Translations under genes and position numbers: made by a program
Shown here: positions 17,978 through 27,710 of the stretch, one piece after another
Numbering within the stretch: the stretch's first letter is position 1
How the letters are laid out: every line of letters starts with the position of its first letter
The notes under the pieces: model-generated
Seen by the model: only the letters and a program-made list of their open reading frames with translations
What the model was told of the DNA's origin: nothing
The model's database searches: none
Assembly: GCA_043822705.1 (NCBI GenBank)
Contig: JBDRBK010000110.1
Coordinates: 1-32,000, forward strand
DNA: 32,000 bases
DNA from: Fidelibacterota bacterium
GTDB lineage: Bacteria; Fidelibacterota; Marinisomatia; Marinisomatales; TCS56
Reading direction: 5' to 3'

Positions 17978-20434
17978 TTACGAGGTCGTATTGACAGTCA
18001 GCGCTTTATCAGTAGCCGAAAAAATGAACTCGCCCTTGATGTAATCGATTTTAATCAGATCGCCGGCAACAAACGTCTGTTGCAATAATTTTTCTGATAT
18101 CACATCTTCAATGGAAGTCTGAATCTCCCGACGCAGATAGCGGGCGCCATAGTCACTGTTAAAACCCTTTTCAAGTAACTTCAAACGGGCACGTTTGGTC
18201 AGAGTCAGACCGATATTCAGTTTACCCAGATTAACAATGACATCCTGGAGCTGTAGATCGATAATCTGTAGTGCATCCTCCCGCGACAAGGAATGAAACA
18301 CAATCGTCTCATCGACCCGGTTCAAAAATTCCGGATTAAATTGAGTTTTGACATGTTCCAGCAGTTTATCACGCAACGCTTCATACCCGGCTGACTCGGT
18401 CGCTTCAATGAATCCGATCGATTTACCATACAAAATATCTTTAGAACCGGTATTGGACGTCATGATAATGATCGTGTTCTTGAAATCCACTCTCCGCCCG
18501 AGTCCGTCGGTCAGTACACCTTCATCAAATAATTGCAGTAAAACATTGTAAACGTCAGGGTGCCCTTTTTCGATCTCATCGAATAGAATCACCGAATACG
18601 GGTTGCGCCGGACCCGTTCGGTCAGTTCACCACCCTCTTCATACCCGACATATCCCGGCGGTGCGCCGATCATGCGCGAAACCGAGAAACGTTCGCCATA
18701 TTCCGACATATCCAGTTTGATCAGCGCGTCGTGACTGTTGAACAGATAGGTCGCCAGCGCTTTGGCCAGTTCGGTTTTGCCGACACCGGTCGGTCCCATA
18801 AATAAAAATACACCGATCGGCCTTTTGGGACTCTTCAACCCGGCCCGCGCCCGTTGAATCGAACGCGTCAGACTGTCGATTGCCTGATCCTGGCCGATTA
18901 TGTAGCGATGCAGACCTTCTTTCATTTTCAACAGTTTCTGGGTCTCGGTCTGGGCGACTTTGGTTACCGGAATCCCGGTTACCACCGAGACTACTTCGGC
19001 GATCTGTTCTTCGTCGATTACCACCGGGTTGGCGCGGTCATCTTCCTGCCAGATTTGCTGCTCATGCGCCAGCTTTTCCAACAATTGCCGTTCGCTGTCA
19101 CGAAGAGCGGCCGCGTCTTCGAAACGCTGATCCGCCACGACCTTTTCCTTCTCGACCCGGATTTTATCGACTTCTGTCTCGAGTTCGAAAATGCTTTTCG
19201 GCACCTTCACATTCAACATATGCGCCCGCGAGCCGGCTTCGTCCATGATATCGATTGCCTTGTCCGGCAGGAATTTATCGGTGATGTAGCGATCGGCCAG
19301 TTGCACACAGGCGGTGATCGCCTCATCCCGGTATACTACATTGTGATGCTTCTCGTAATGTTCCTTGAGGCCCATCAGGATATGCAGCGATTCCTCGATT
19401 GAAGGCGGATTAATCGTAATTTTTTGGAAACGCCGTTCCAGAGCACCGTCTTTCTCGATATATTTACGATATTCATCCATGGTCGTGGCGCCGATACAAT
19501 GAATATCGCCGCGGGCCAGAGCCGGCTTGAACATGTTCGATGCATCCAGCGAACCGGACGCGCTGCCAGCCCCTACCAGCGTATGTAATTCATCGATAAA
19601 TAGGATCAGATCAGCACTGGATTCTAGTTCCAGCATGATCGTTTTCATCCGTTCTTCGAATTGTCCGCGGTACTTGGTTCCGGCCACCAGCGCGGCCAGA
19701 TCGAGCGATAAAATTCGTTTATTGTAAAGCAGGCGCGGGACCGATTTCTCTACAATTCTCTGTGCCAGTCCCTCGATAATCGCCGTTTTACCGACGCCCG
19801 GTTCACCGATCAGAACCGGATTGTTTTTCTTGCGCCTGGTCAATATCTGGGCCACGCGCTCGATTTCCCGCTCGCGTCCGATGACCGGATCGAGTTTAAG
19901 CAACCGCGCCAAATGGGTTATATCGCGGGCAAAATGATCCAGTGCCGGCGTCGTCGATTTCTTGGTCTTATCGGCTACTGCCATTTCACCGGCGGCCCGA
20001 ACCATCCGATCATCCCGAATGAATGTCAGAACCCCATCATAATCAATGTTGAAGAATGATAATGCCTCGAAGGCAATCCCTTCTTCCTCTTTCAGCAACG
20101 CCAACAGCAAATGTTCGTCGTCAGCAGCCAGCGCCCCCAGACCAACAGCTTCGGCATAGGAATTCCGCAAAATACGCTCAGCCCGCCGCGTCAATGGGAT
20201 ATGCCCCAACGTCATCGTTCCCCCGGAAGATTTGATTACTTCGATAACCCGGGAGCGCAAATCATTCAAGTCGCAGTTAAAATTCTCGAAAATTCGGATG
20301 CTGTTGGCGCCGGCTTCGCGCAGCAGTCCCAGCAACAGATGTTCGGAACCGACATAACTGTGCCCCAGCCGAATGGCCTCTTCGCGGGACAGTTTCATGA
20401 TATTCTGGACGCGTTTGGAAAAATTTTCTTTCAT
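17978..20434 (-). CDS. clpC: ATP-dependent Clp protease ATP-binding subunit ClpC-type (Clp_N repeats, two AAA+ modules, UVR-like middle motif)
   Basis: 818 aa. The N-terminal double Clp_N repeat includes [15 protein letters not shown] and [10 protein letters not shown]. Walker A motifs are [10 protein letters not shown] and [15 protein letters not shown] short UVR-like linker ([19 protein letters not shown]) is present rather than a long ClpB M-domain. Confidence 0.9.
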   Translation of the reverse strand: MKENFSKRVQNIMKLSREEAIRLGHSYVGSEHLLLGLLREAGANSIRIFENFNCDLNDLRSRVIEVIKSSGGTMTLGHIPLTRRAERILRNSYAEAVGLGALAADDEHLLLALLKEEEGIAFEALSFFNIDYDGVLTFIRDDRMVRAAGEMAVADKTKKSTTPALDHFARDITHLARLLKLDPVIGREREIERVAQILTRRKKNNPVLIGEPGVGKTAIIEGLAQRIVEKSVPRLLYNKRILSLDLAALVAGTKYRGQFEERMKTIMLELESSADLILFIDELHTLVGAGSASGSLDASNMFKPALARGDIHCIGATTMDEYRKYIEKDGALERRFQKITINPPSIEESLHILMGLKEHYEKHHNVVYRDEAITACVQLADRYITDKFLPDKAIDIMDEAGSRAHMLNVKVPKSIFELETEVDKIRVEKEKVVADQRFEDAAALRDSERQLLEKLAHEQQIWQEDDRANPVVIDEEQIAEVVSVVTGIPVTKVAQTETQKLLKMKEGLHRYIIGQDQAIDSLTRSIQRARAGLKSPKRPIGVFLFMGPTGVGKTELAKALATYLFNSHDALIKLDMSEYGERFSVSRMIGAPPGYVGYEEGGELTERVRRNPYSVILFDEIEKGHPDVYNVLLQLFDEGVLTDGLGRRVDFKNTIIIMTSNTGSKDILYGKSIGFIEATESAGYEALRDKLLEHVKTQFNPEFLNRVDETIVFHSLSREDALQIIDLQLQDVIVNLGKLNIGLTLTKRARLKLLEKGFNSDYGARYLRREIQTSIEDVISEKLLQQTFVAGDLIKIDYIKGEFIFSATDKALTVNTTS

Positions 20435-20460
20435 CTTGTAGTCAATTTACCGCTTGAAGA

Positions 20461-21141
20461 TCAATCTGTCAATTCAGCCGGTTTCAGAATTCCTGATTCC
20501 AGTTCCAACTGGCGGTCGCCGATTGCAGCCACGGCCGGATTATGGGTCGTTATCACCAGCGATTGTTTAAAATCATGATTTATCAACCGGAACAGGTTGA
20601 TCAGTTTAGACGCATTGGCCTCGTCAAGGTTCCCGGTGGGCTCATCGGCCAGAATTATCTGCGGCCGATTGATCAATGCCCGCAGGACGGCGATCCGCAG
20701 GCGCTCGCCCCCGGACAATTCGGACGGGTAGTGATCACTGCGATCACTCAGTCCGACATATTCCAGTAATTCCAGCGCCCGGCTGTTCCGCTCCTGACTG
20801 CCACCACCGATCAGGCTGGGAATCAGGACATTTTCCAATGCAGTAAATTCCGGCAGCAGATGGTGGAATTGAAAAACGAAACCAATCGATCGATTGCGCA
20901 GAGCCGCTAACTCCAGGTCCGGCAGGGTGCTGACATCATGGCCATTGATCAGCAGCGTACCGGTCGTCGGCTGGTCCAGCGTCCCCAGGATATTGAGCAG
21001 GGTCGACTTGCCCGATCCGGACGGCCCCATAATGGTGACGATTTCACCTTCTGCCAGTGAGAAGTCAATCCCCCGCAACACACTCAGGGTTTTGAATCCG
21101 TTTGAAAAAGTTTTATGGATATTTTTTGCTTCAAGTATCAT
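20461..21141 (-). CDS. lolD: Lipoprotein-releasing system ATP-binding protein LolD (ABC ATPase)
   Basis: 226 aa. Has Walker A GPSGSGKST, signature LSGGERLR and Walker B ILADEPTGNLD. There is a 4-nt overlap with the upstream FtsX-like permease. MacB/FtsE-type alternatives cannot be excluded without a search. Confidence 0.78.
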   Translation of the reverse strand: MILEAKNIHKTFSNGFKTLSVLRGIDFSLAEGEIVTIMGPSGSGKSTLLNILGTLDQPTTGTLLINGHDVSTLPDLELAALRNRSIGFVFQFHHLLPEFTALENVLIPSLIGGGSQERNSRALELLEYVGLSDRSDHYPSELSGGERLRIAVLRALINRPQIILADEPTGNLDEANASKLINLFRLINHDFKQSLVITTHNPAVAAIGDRQLELESGILKPAELTD

Positions 21142-22331
21142 TTTTCCAACTGCACCGCATCTTTAGGTTTTATTGAAACCGCCCGCCGGCTGGCGATGAT
21201 TGACGCCAGGATGATCAGGACGAAGGCGATCGCCGGAACGGCCGCCAGATCATGCCAGTAAAGCAGCATCGGCAGAGCGTCAATAATATAAATCTCCGAT
21301 GGCAGGGGGATAATTCCGGTCAACTGCTGAAGCAGCACCAGCAGCAGGCTCAGGACCAGTCCGGCCGCGGCCCCCAAACCGCCGATGATCAGTCCCTGCA
21401 CCAGCAGAATATTCCTGATCCCGCGCACCGGCACGCCCATGGTGCGCAGAATCCCGATTTCACGAATTTTCTGGTAGGTAATCAGCACCAGAGTCGAGGC
21501 CAGATTGAAGGATGCCACCAGAACAATCAGACTGAGCACCACGACCGCGCCGATCCGTTCCATCCGCATGGCGCTGAACAGCCCCTGATGCATTTCGCTC
21601 CAGCTTTCCGAATGGACACCGGCCGGCAGCAAATCATCGATCCAGCGCCGTTGCCATTCGAAATCAGACAATGGCAGGAACCGCAGGTCAACGCCATCCA
21701 GTCCCTGTTTGCGGGTGAAAAGCTGCGTTCCTGCCGATAACGGGATAAATACCGTGCGATCGTCGAAATCGAGTACTTCCGCCCGGAAGATTCCGGCCAC
21801 CGGCAATCGCACGATCCGCGGCAGACCGATCCCCGCCGGGGCATCGATCGGACTCATGATTCGCAGGTAATCGCCGACCATCAGGTTCAGCCGCTGGGCC
21901 AGCAACGCCCCCACCAGTACGGCGGGACCGTCCCGGACGCTATCCAGACCCAGGTCATAAAAAGTCAGAGCCCTTTCCATATCGACTGCTTTCAGATCGA
22001 CCATGCGATTCTCATCAAAATCGTTGATCACCAGCCCTTTGCGTTCCATAAACGGCATATACCCTGCCAGCAATCCCTGTGATTGCCAGTCCTCAGCCAG
22101 TCGAACGATATCGACCGTTGCCGTATCAGCACTGATCCGCAGATCACCTTCGAAACCAATTATTTTTTCCGTGACCCGCGCTTCGAAGCCATTCAACACG
22201 GCCAGGGATATGATCAGTGCGAAGCAGCCGACCGCCAGACCGATTACGGCTATCCAGCCGGTGAAACGGCTGGTGCCGCTGCCTTTCCCGCCCAGCATGA
22301 AACGTTTGGCTACCAGGACGGCAAACTTCAT
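21138..22331 (-). CDS. Lipoprotein-releasing system permease, LolC/LolE family (FtsX-like, MacB-type periplasmic domain)
   Basis: 397 aa. The N-terminus VAKRFMLGGKGSGTSRFTGWIAVIGLAVGCFALIISLAVLNGFE is typical of LolC/E. Has a large periplasmic loop and the C-terminal FtsX 3-TM bundle with REIGILRTMG. Confidence 0.75.
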   Translation of the reverse strand: MKFAVLVAKRFMLGGKGSGTSRFTGWIAVIGLAVGCFALIISLAVLNGFEARVTEKIIGFEGDLRISADTATVDIVRLAEDWQSQGLLAGYMPFMERKGLVINDFDENRMVDLKAVDMERALTFYDLGLDSVRDGPAVLVGALLAQRLNLMVGDYLRIMSPIDAPAGIGLPRIVRLPVAGIFRAEVLDFDDRTVFIPLSAGTQLFTRKQGLDGVDLRFLPLSDFEWQRRWIDDLLPAGVHSESWSEMHQGLFSAMRMERIGAVVVLSLIVLVASFNLASTLVLITYQKIREIGILRTMGVPVRGIRNILLVQGLIIGGLGAAAGLVLSLLLVLLQQLTGIIPLPSEIYIIDALPMLLYWHDLAAVPAIAFVLIILASIIASRRAVSIKPKDAVQLEK

Positions 22332-23533
22332 TCGTAGCGTAACGCTTTCGCCGGACGAACCGCCGCCGCCCGTGCCGTTGGTCCCAGTGCCGCCAGTAGC
22401 GCCGCTCCGACACCGATAACGATAAATGTAATGACGGTCAGACCATCGAGATAAGCCGGAACCCGATCCATGAAATAGACATCTTCGGGAATCCTGATTA
22501 ATTGGAAACGATCCTGCAGCCAGATCAGAATGGTAGCGACCAGGGCGCCGCCTGCGGAACCGGTCAACCCGATGATGCCGCCTTCAATCAGGAATATCTG
22601 CCTGATCCGGCGGCGGGTGCAACCCATCGATTTCAGGATACCGATCTCGCGGATTTTCTCGAGCACGATCATGGCCAGGGCCGCCACAATATTGACCACG
22701 CCGACCAGGGCGATCAGGCCGAAAATTATCAGTATCGGCCATTTCTGAACCGCCAGCCAGTTGAACAGGATCCGATGTTTTTCTTTCCACGACAGAACGA
22801 AATAAGGGTAGCCCAGGCTGTTTTCCAGTGTCTGCAGCGCCTGATCGAGCGCTTCGGCCCGATCCAGAAATACCACGCGCCCGGTGATCTGTTCCGGCAG
22901 TGCGAACAGGCGCTGGGCGGCAGCCAGGTCCAGGTACACCATCAGACCATCGTATTCCTGCAAACCGGAGTGATAGATACCGGAAATCGTAAATTGCCCC
23001 AAGCGCCGGGCGCTGGACACCCGGTGTATATTCGCCAGGTCGAACAGGATAATTTTATCACCCAGTTTCAGACCCATTTTTCTGGTCAGTTCACTACCGA
23101 CAACGACGCTCTGTTCATCCAGCCGGAATTCGCCTGCGCTGAGCAGGGAAAGGAGTCCCGCCGGGATCGATTCGCCGCGATAGGCTTCCACCACGATCCC
23201 TTCAGCCTGCTGACCATGCCGCAGAATAGCTGGTTTCTGGATGTAGGAATAGACCGCGCAGCCGGCAGTCAGGCGGGTCAGGGCCGAATCTACCAGAACA
23301 TCGGACATACCGAGCGCTTGATCCATAAAGTGCTCAATGCGGATATGCCCATCGAAATCAGTCAATTTGGCGCTGAGCGTGCGTTCGAATCCGGCGAGGA
23401 TACTGAAGGTCAGGATCAGGGCCGCGATTCCCAGACCCAATCCGGTCATCGCCATGACACCGGCATAACGCGAAAAACTCGATAGCTGCGGAATACCAAG
23501 ATGGCGCCGGGCGATCTTGAAAGTCAAGCTCAT
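22328..23533 (-). CDS. Lipoprotein-releasing system permease, LolC/LolE family (paralogue of the next gene)
   Basis: 401 aa. Same architecture as its paralogue (IARRHLG....FSRYAGVMAMTGLGLGIAALILTFSILAGFE; REIGILKSMG). There is a 4-nt overlap with the downstream paralogue. Confidence 0.75.
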   Translation of the reverse strand: MSLTFKIARRHLGIPQLSSFSRYAGVMAMTGLGLGIAALILTFSILAGFERTLSAKLTDFDGHIRIEHFMDQALGMSDVLVDSALTRLTAGCAVYSYIQKPAILRHGQQAEGIVVEAYRGESIPAGLLSLLSAGEFRLDEQSVVVGSELTRKMGLKLGDKIILFDLANIHRVSSARRLGQFTISGIYHSGLQEYDGLMVYLDLAAAQRLFALPEQITGRVVFLDRAEALDQALQTLENSLGYPYFVLSWKEKHRILFNWLAVQKWPILIIFGLIALVGVVNIVAALAMIVLEKIREIGILKSMGCTRRRIRQIFLIEGGIIGLTGSAGGALVATILIWLQDRFQLIRIPEDVYFMDRVPAYLDGLTVITFIVIGVGAALLAALGPTARAAAVRPAKALRYE

Positions 23534-23655
23534 GCCGACTGAATTTCAATTAATCTATGAATAGTATGCATAGCTTTCCGCCGATCACAGCCGGATCGGT
23601 GGATAATGAACCGGACACTGAATTGTCCCGGTAATTAAGCTTCCCGTAGTTCCGG

Positions 23656-25146
23656 TCAATCGATTTTACGCATAGCGGGAAAGAGCACCACATCGCGGAT
23701 CGAGCGTTGCTCACCCAGCAACATCACCAGCCGGTCGATGCCCATACCGACACCACCGGTAGGCGGCATGCCGCATTCGACGGCCTGCAGGAAATTCTCA
23801 TCCGGAACCTGGGCTTCCTCGTCCCCGGCCGCCTTCAGGTTCGCCTGCGCCTCAAAGCGCTCACGCTGATCCAGCGGATCGTTCAGTTCGGAAAAGGCGT
23901 TGCAGAATTCGGCACCGCCGATGAACAGTTCGAAGCGTTCCACCAGTTCCGGATCGCCACTGCGATGCATTTTAGCCAGGGGTGAGATCGCCTTGGGGTG
24001 ATCGGTCACAAATGTTGGTTGCAGTAAATTAGGCTCGACCAGTTCACTCATCATGAGGTCCAGTAGATTGCCGTAATTAGCTTTATCGGGGACGACAATT
24101 TCAAACTCGGCGCAGATTTCAGCCATTTCCCGGACGGAGGCATTGCCCAGATCGTGCCCGGTGGCTTCCTTCAGCAGTGTCAGAATCGGTTTGCGAACAA
24201 AGGGACGGTTCAAGTTGATCTCAACACCGTTCCAATTAACTTTTGTTTTTCCAACCGCCTGCGCCACCGTTCGGATCAGATCCTCGACCAAGTCCATCAT
24301 ATAGTTGTAATCCACATATGCCTGGTAAAATTCCAGCATTGTGAATTCCGGGTTGTGATTCCGGTCCATGCCCTCGTTACGGAAATCCTTGGAGATTTCA
24401 TAAACCCGGTCAAACCCGCCGATAATCAGCCGCTTTAAGTACAGTTCGTCGGCGATCCGTAGGTACAAAGTCTGATCCAGGGCATTGTGGTGCGTAGTAA
24501 ATGGCCGGGCATTGGCGCCGCCGTACAGCGGCTGCAGCACCGGCGTCTCGACTTCGAGATAGTCACGCTGATCAAAATAGCGGCGCACGGCGGTAATAAT
24601 TTTACTTCGCAGGATGAAAATATCCCGGACTTCCGGGTTGACAATCAAATCCAGATGACGGTGACGATAACGCAGTTCCTTGTCCTGGAAGGCATCGAAG
24701 GTTTCGCCATCCTTTTCCTTGACCACCGGCAACGGCCGGATACTTTTACTCAGTATCGTAATTTCCCGGGCATGAATGGAAATCTCGCCGGTCTTGGTTG
24801 TAAATACATAACCGGCCACACCCAGAAAATCACCGATATCCAGCTTTTTGAATACCTCGTAGGAATCGTTGCCGATATCGTCGCGGCGCAGATAGCACTG
24901 AATCCGGCCGGCATGGTCCTGAATATGGACAAAAGCAGCTTTACCCATGATCCGCAGCGACATGACCCGTCCGGCCACTGCCACATCGCAGCCCTCCAGT
25001 TCGGCGTAATTATCGCTGACGGCCAGACTCAAATGCGTGGGCTGGTAACCATACGGGTAAGGATTGACACCGGCATCACGAATCGCCTGCAGTTTTTCCT
25101 TACGAAACTGGATGATCTGATTTAAACTTTGTTTTTCTTCTGACAT
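23656..25146 (-). CDS. lysS: Lysine--tRNA ligase, class II
   Basis: 496 aa. Has an N-terminal OB anticodon-binding domain (VAVAGRVMSLRIMGKAAFVHIQD). Class II motifs are present: FRNEGMDRNHNPEFTMLEFYQAY and GGVGMGIDRLVMLL. Sits 9 nt downstream of prfB, the conserved prfB-lysS pairing. Confidence 0.95.
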   Translation of the reverse strand: MSEEKQSLNQIIQFRKEKLQAIRDAGVNPYPYGYQPTHLSLAVSDNYAELEGCDVAVAGRVMSLRIMGKAAFVHIQDHAGRIQCYLRRDDIGNDSYEVFKKLDIGDFLGVAGYVFTTKTGEISIHAREITILSKSIRPLPVVKEKDGETFDAFQDKELRYRHRHLDLIVNPEVRDIFILRSKIITAVRRYFDQRDYLEVETPVLQPLYGGANARPFTTHHNALDQTLYLRIADELYLKRLIIGGFDRVYEISKDFRNEGMDRNHNPEFTMLEFYQAYVDYNYMMDLVEDLIRTVAQAVGKTKVNWNGVEINLNRPFVRKPILTLLKEATGHDLGNASVREMAEICAEFEIVVPDKANYGNLLDLMMSELVEPNLLQPTFVTDHPKAISPLAKMHRSGDPELVERFELFIGGAEFCNAFSELNDPLDQRERFEAQANLKAAGDEEAQVPDENFLQAVECGMPPTGGVGMGIDRLVMLLGEQRSIRDVVLFPAMRKID

Positions 25147-25155
25147 GCTGTCCTG

Positions 25156-26272
25156 CTATACTTTTTTCCCGGCGCTATCCTTCATCTGCCATAGCAGGTA
25201 GGCCCGGATAAAACGGTCGATCTCGCCGTCCATGACCGCCTGAACGTTGCCGGTCTCTTCTTTGGTACGGTGATCTTTGACCATGTTGTAGGGATGAAAT
25301 ACATATGACCGAATCTGACTGCCCCAGCCAATATCCAGTTTACTTTTCTCCAGCTCAGAATGAGCATCCCGCTCACGGTCGATTTCAATCTGGTACAACC
25401 GTGATTTCAGAACCTTTAAGGCCTGGGCCTTGTTTTTATGCTGTGAGCGTTCATTCTGGCAGGAAACCACGATTCCGGTGGGCAGGTGGGTGATCCGGAT
25501 CGCTGAATCGGTTTTATTGACATGCTGTCCGCCGGCCCCGCTGGCCCGGAAGGTATCGATCCGCAATTCACTGGGATTGATTTCGATTTCGATATCCTCG
25601 GTGACGGCCGGATAGACAAATACCGATGCAAATGAGGTGTGTCGACGGCTGTTGGCATCGAATGGCGAGATGCGCACCAGGCGGTGAATGCCGGCTTCGG
25701 CCTTGAGCAGTCCGTAGGCATAATCGCCCTGAATCTCGAAGGTCACGTCCTTAATGCCGGCCTCGTCGCCTGGTTGATAGTCCAGGATGTCGACCTCGAA
25801 TCCTTTTTTTTCGAACCAGCGCTTGTACATACGCGACAGCATATCAGCCCAGTCCTGGCTCTCCGTTCCACCGGCGCCGGGGTGAATTTGCAGAATCGCC
25901 GGCAGGACATCCTGCTCTTCGCCCAGCATCATTTTTAATTCCAGATCTTCGATGATGTGTCGGTACTCCCGCAATTCGAGCTGTACTTCGTCGCTGGTCG
26001 CTGCGCCGGCTTCGGCAAATTCCATTAACACTTCCAGATCGCCGTGACGGCGTTCCAGATCGTTCCAGAGCGCAATTTCTTTTTCCAGGAGGGATATTTT
26101 TTTCAGAACGGACGAAGCAGCGGCATTGTCATTCCAAAATGCGGGAACCGCCGATTGCTCCCGGAGCTGATTCAGTTGGGCTGTGTGCGAATCCAGGTCA
26201 AAGATACCTCCGCAATTCGAGGTATTTTGTCTCCGTGGCGGTAAAATGCTCTCTTAGCTCGGCTAATTCCAT
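25156..26272 (-). CDS. prfB: Peptide chain release factor 2, expressed via programmed +1 ribosomal frameshift
   Basis: The ORF track shows only the 3' part (25156..26031). Hand translation from ATG at 26272 gives MELAELREHFTATETKYLELRRYL, then an in-frame TGA (26200..26198) within CTT TGA C. Shifting +1 (skipping T26200) reads DLDSHTAQLNQLREQSAVPAFWNDNAAASSVLKKISLLEKEIALWNDLERRHGDLEVLMEFAEAG..., continuous with the track ORF. The SPF motif (RISPFDANSRRHTSF) and GGQ motif (SGAGGQHVN) are present. About 371 aa in total. Confidence 0.93.
26197..26211 (-). other. RF2 autoregulatory +1 frameshift site: internal SD-like GGAGG, 3-nt spacer, slippery CTT TGA C
   Basis: The minus strand reads GGAGG TAT CTT TGA C. 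GGAGG is at 26211..26207, CTT at 26203..26201, TGA at 26200..26198 and C at 26197. This is the same layout as the E. coli prfB site (AGGGGG TAT CTT TGA C). Confidence 0.9.
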
Positions 26273-26310
26273 GAAGAAAATTAAGCAGATTCAGGAAATA
26301 ACAGCGACGG

Positions 26311-26339
26311 AAAATATGCGGGCGTAACACCGCACGCCC
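26311..26339 (-). terminator. Possible intrinsic terminator after the cytochrome cluster
   Basis: The minus-strand RNA folds as GGGCGU-gcgguguu-ACGCCC (6-bp GC-rich stem, 8-nt loop), followed by GCAUAUUUU. It lies about 130 nt downstream of the nonaheme cytochrome stop and about 40 nt upstream of the prfB ATG. The U-tract is short and interrupted. Confidence 0.35.
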
Positions 26340-26468
26340 CGATATGTCAATCAGAAATAACCGGTCAGGAACCGAGCCGCCGGTCTGCCGGATAATCTGC
26401 CGGACACGACCACTGCCATTCGACAATCAGCGGCCGTCAGTCACCGGACGAGCGCCGCAACTATCCGA

Positions 26469-27710
26469 TCAATTCGGTTTTTTCTCGATGGCCCGGATGT
26501 AAAGGTACAGCACTATTGCCAGGAAACTGATCATGATTGTAGCGATTCCCAGACCGATACGGCGCCAGCGAAAATCAGCGATCAGTTCATCGACACCGAG
26601 AATTACGGCACGGGCGATTGCCAGCCCGGGACCGGTTGATTCGGTCACCTGGTCAAGATCGAAACTATGTACCGTAGTGCGTGATTGAACCAGGCTGGTA
26701 TGGCCGTTCTGGATATCAAATATCAGATTTTCGGTTTCCAGCCCCTGCTGCTCGGCCAGTTTCACCGCCGTCTCAGCCGCCTCCAATTCGTCGTTCAATT
26801 CGTTCAAAGCAGCCTTAATGCCGTCACCGATTTGGGCTCCCGGATCGCCGTCGGCATGGCAACTCCCGCAGATACCGGGCGCTGCAACACCGATCATTGC
26901 TTCCGAAGGATGGATAATCGCATGGGCGGTGTGGCAGGCGGCACAGCCATGAATGTCATTTTCGAGGAAAACAGTATGCATAACCGTTCCGTTGAACAAA
27001 GCCTGGTTTTTCACATGGCAGGTACCACAAACCTCCTGAATCGATCCCAGCGCCGGCGGGGCGGCACCATGATTGCCGTGGCAATTATTGCAGGTGGGAG
27101 CCGCCAGGTCGCCCTTTTCCAGCAGGGCGATGCCGTGAACACTGGCTCGGTATTGACCAACCGATTCGAATGGCAGCCCGTATTTGCCCATCAATTGCCG
27201 GTCACTGTGACAGCGACCGCAGGTTATATCGACATTGGCATGGTACACGGAGGCGGCCGGGTCGTTCTTCTTCCTGATTCCATGCACGTCATGACAGGAG
27301 ACGCAGGTCGCCATGTCAACGTTACCCTGTTTAAGGCTGGCACCGTGACCGCTGGTCCAGTATTTGGCTTCCTGATCGGTGGGCATATTGGGATTGTATG
27401 TCCGCATGAATTGTGGATTACTGTGACACTTGCTGCAAACTTCAATAATTCCAACGCCGGCAGGGACACCAATAAATCCCGCCTTTTCAGATTTAGCCTC
27501 ATCATAATCCCAGGCTTCCGGATCGCCGCCATGGCAGATGGTGCAGTTAAATCCGGCGACCGAATGGACATCATCAGCGAACAGTTCGACCGGGGCGTTT
27601 AAAGGCTGGTCCAGTTCCTGATGGCAACCGGCACAGGATACAGCTTCATTTTGAGCAAAGACGCTGACAGTGATCGCCAGCCAACTGATAATAAGTTTTG
27701 TTAGTTTCAT
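26469..27710 (-). CDS. Nonaheme c-type cytochrome, periplasmic with C-terminal TM anchor (putative cytochrome c subunit of the Rieske/cyt b complex)
   Basis: Preferred start is ATG at 27710 (MKLTKLIISWLAITVSVFA|QNE signal peptide), which overlaps the cyt b stop as ATGA. Nine CXXCH motifs are present: CAGCH, CTICH, CSKCH, CVSCH, CGRCH, CNNCH, CGTCH, CAACH, CGSCH. These are followed by a helical/coiled segment and a TM helix, IGLGIATIMISFLAIVLYLYI. Confidence 0.85.
   Translation of the reverse strand: MKLTKLIISWLAITVSVFAQNEAVSCAGCHQELDQPLNAPVELFADDVHSVAGFNCTICHGGDPEAWDYDEAKSEKAGFIGVPAGVGIIEVCSKCHSNPQFMRTYNPNMPTDQEAKYWTSGHGASLKQGNVDMATCVSCHDVHGIRKKNDPAASVYHANVDITCGRCHSDRQLMGKYGLPFESVGQYRASVHGIALLEKGDLAAPTCNNCHGNHGAAPPALGSIQEVCGTCHVKNQALFNGTVMHTVFLENDIHGCAACHTAHAIIHPSEAMIGVAAPGICGSCHADGDPGAQIGDGIKAALNELNDELEAAETAVKLAEQQGLETENLIFDIQNGHTSLVQSRTTVHSFDLDQVTESTGPGLAIARAVILGVDELIADFRWRRIGLGIATIMISFLAIVLYLYIRAIEKKPN

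Noticed and set aside
22502-23485. A 327-aa plus-strand ORF antisense to the first LolC/E permease.
   Set aside because: Same codon-aligned antisense register (both 2 mod 3). There are no motifs, and the sense gene is clearly real.
23578-23602. A 9-bp hairpin (CCGCCGATC-N7-GATCGGTGG) in the lysS-lol spacer, together with a weaker GGACA/TGTCC hairpin nearer the lysS stop, considered as the lysS terminator.
   Set aside because: On the transcribed (minus) strand the stem contains an A-C mismatch. Neither hairpin is followed by a U-tract, so I do not call a terminator.
24487-25125. A 212-aa plus-strand ORF antisense to lysS.
   Set aside because: Codon-aligned shadow of lysS (both 1 mod 3), with no recognisable domain.
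26345-26350. A perfect TTGACA on the minus strand upstream of prfB, considered as a -35 box.
   Set aside because: The hexamer 17 nt downstream is TTACGC, a poor -10, and lies inside the candidate terminator stem. No convincing promoter could be assembled.
26172-26426. An 84-aa minus-strand ORF overlapping the prfB 5' region.
   Set aside because: It is in a different frame from both prfB segments. The region is fully explained by the prfB leader ORF plus its frameshift. There is no SD and no motif.
26685-27602. A 305-aa plus-strand ORF antisense to the nonaheme cytochrome. The analogous 213-aa ORF at 29887..30528 lies opposite the hexaheme gene.
   Set aside because: Both are codon-aligned shadows of the sense genes. 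The sense strands carry 9 and 6 haem motifs respectively, and the antisense products have none.
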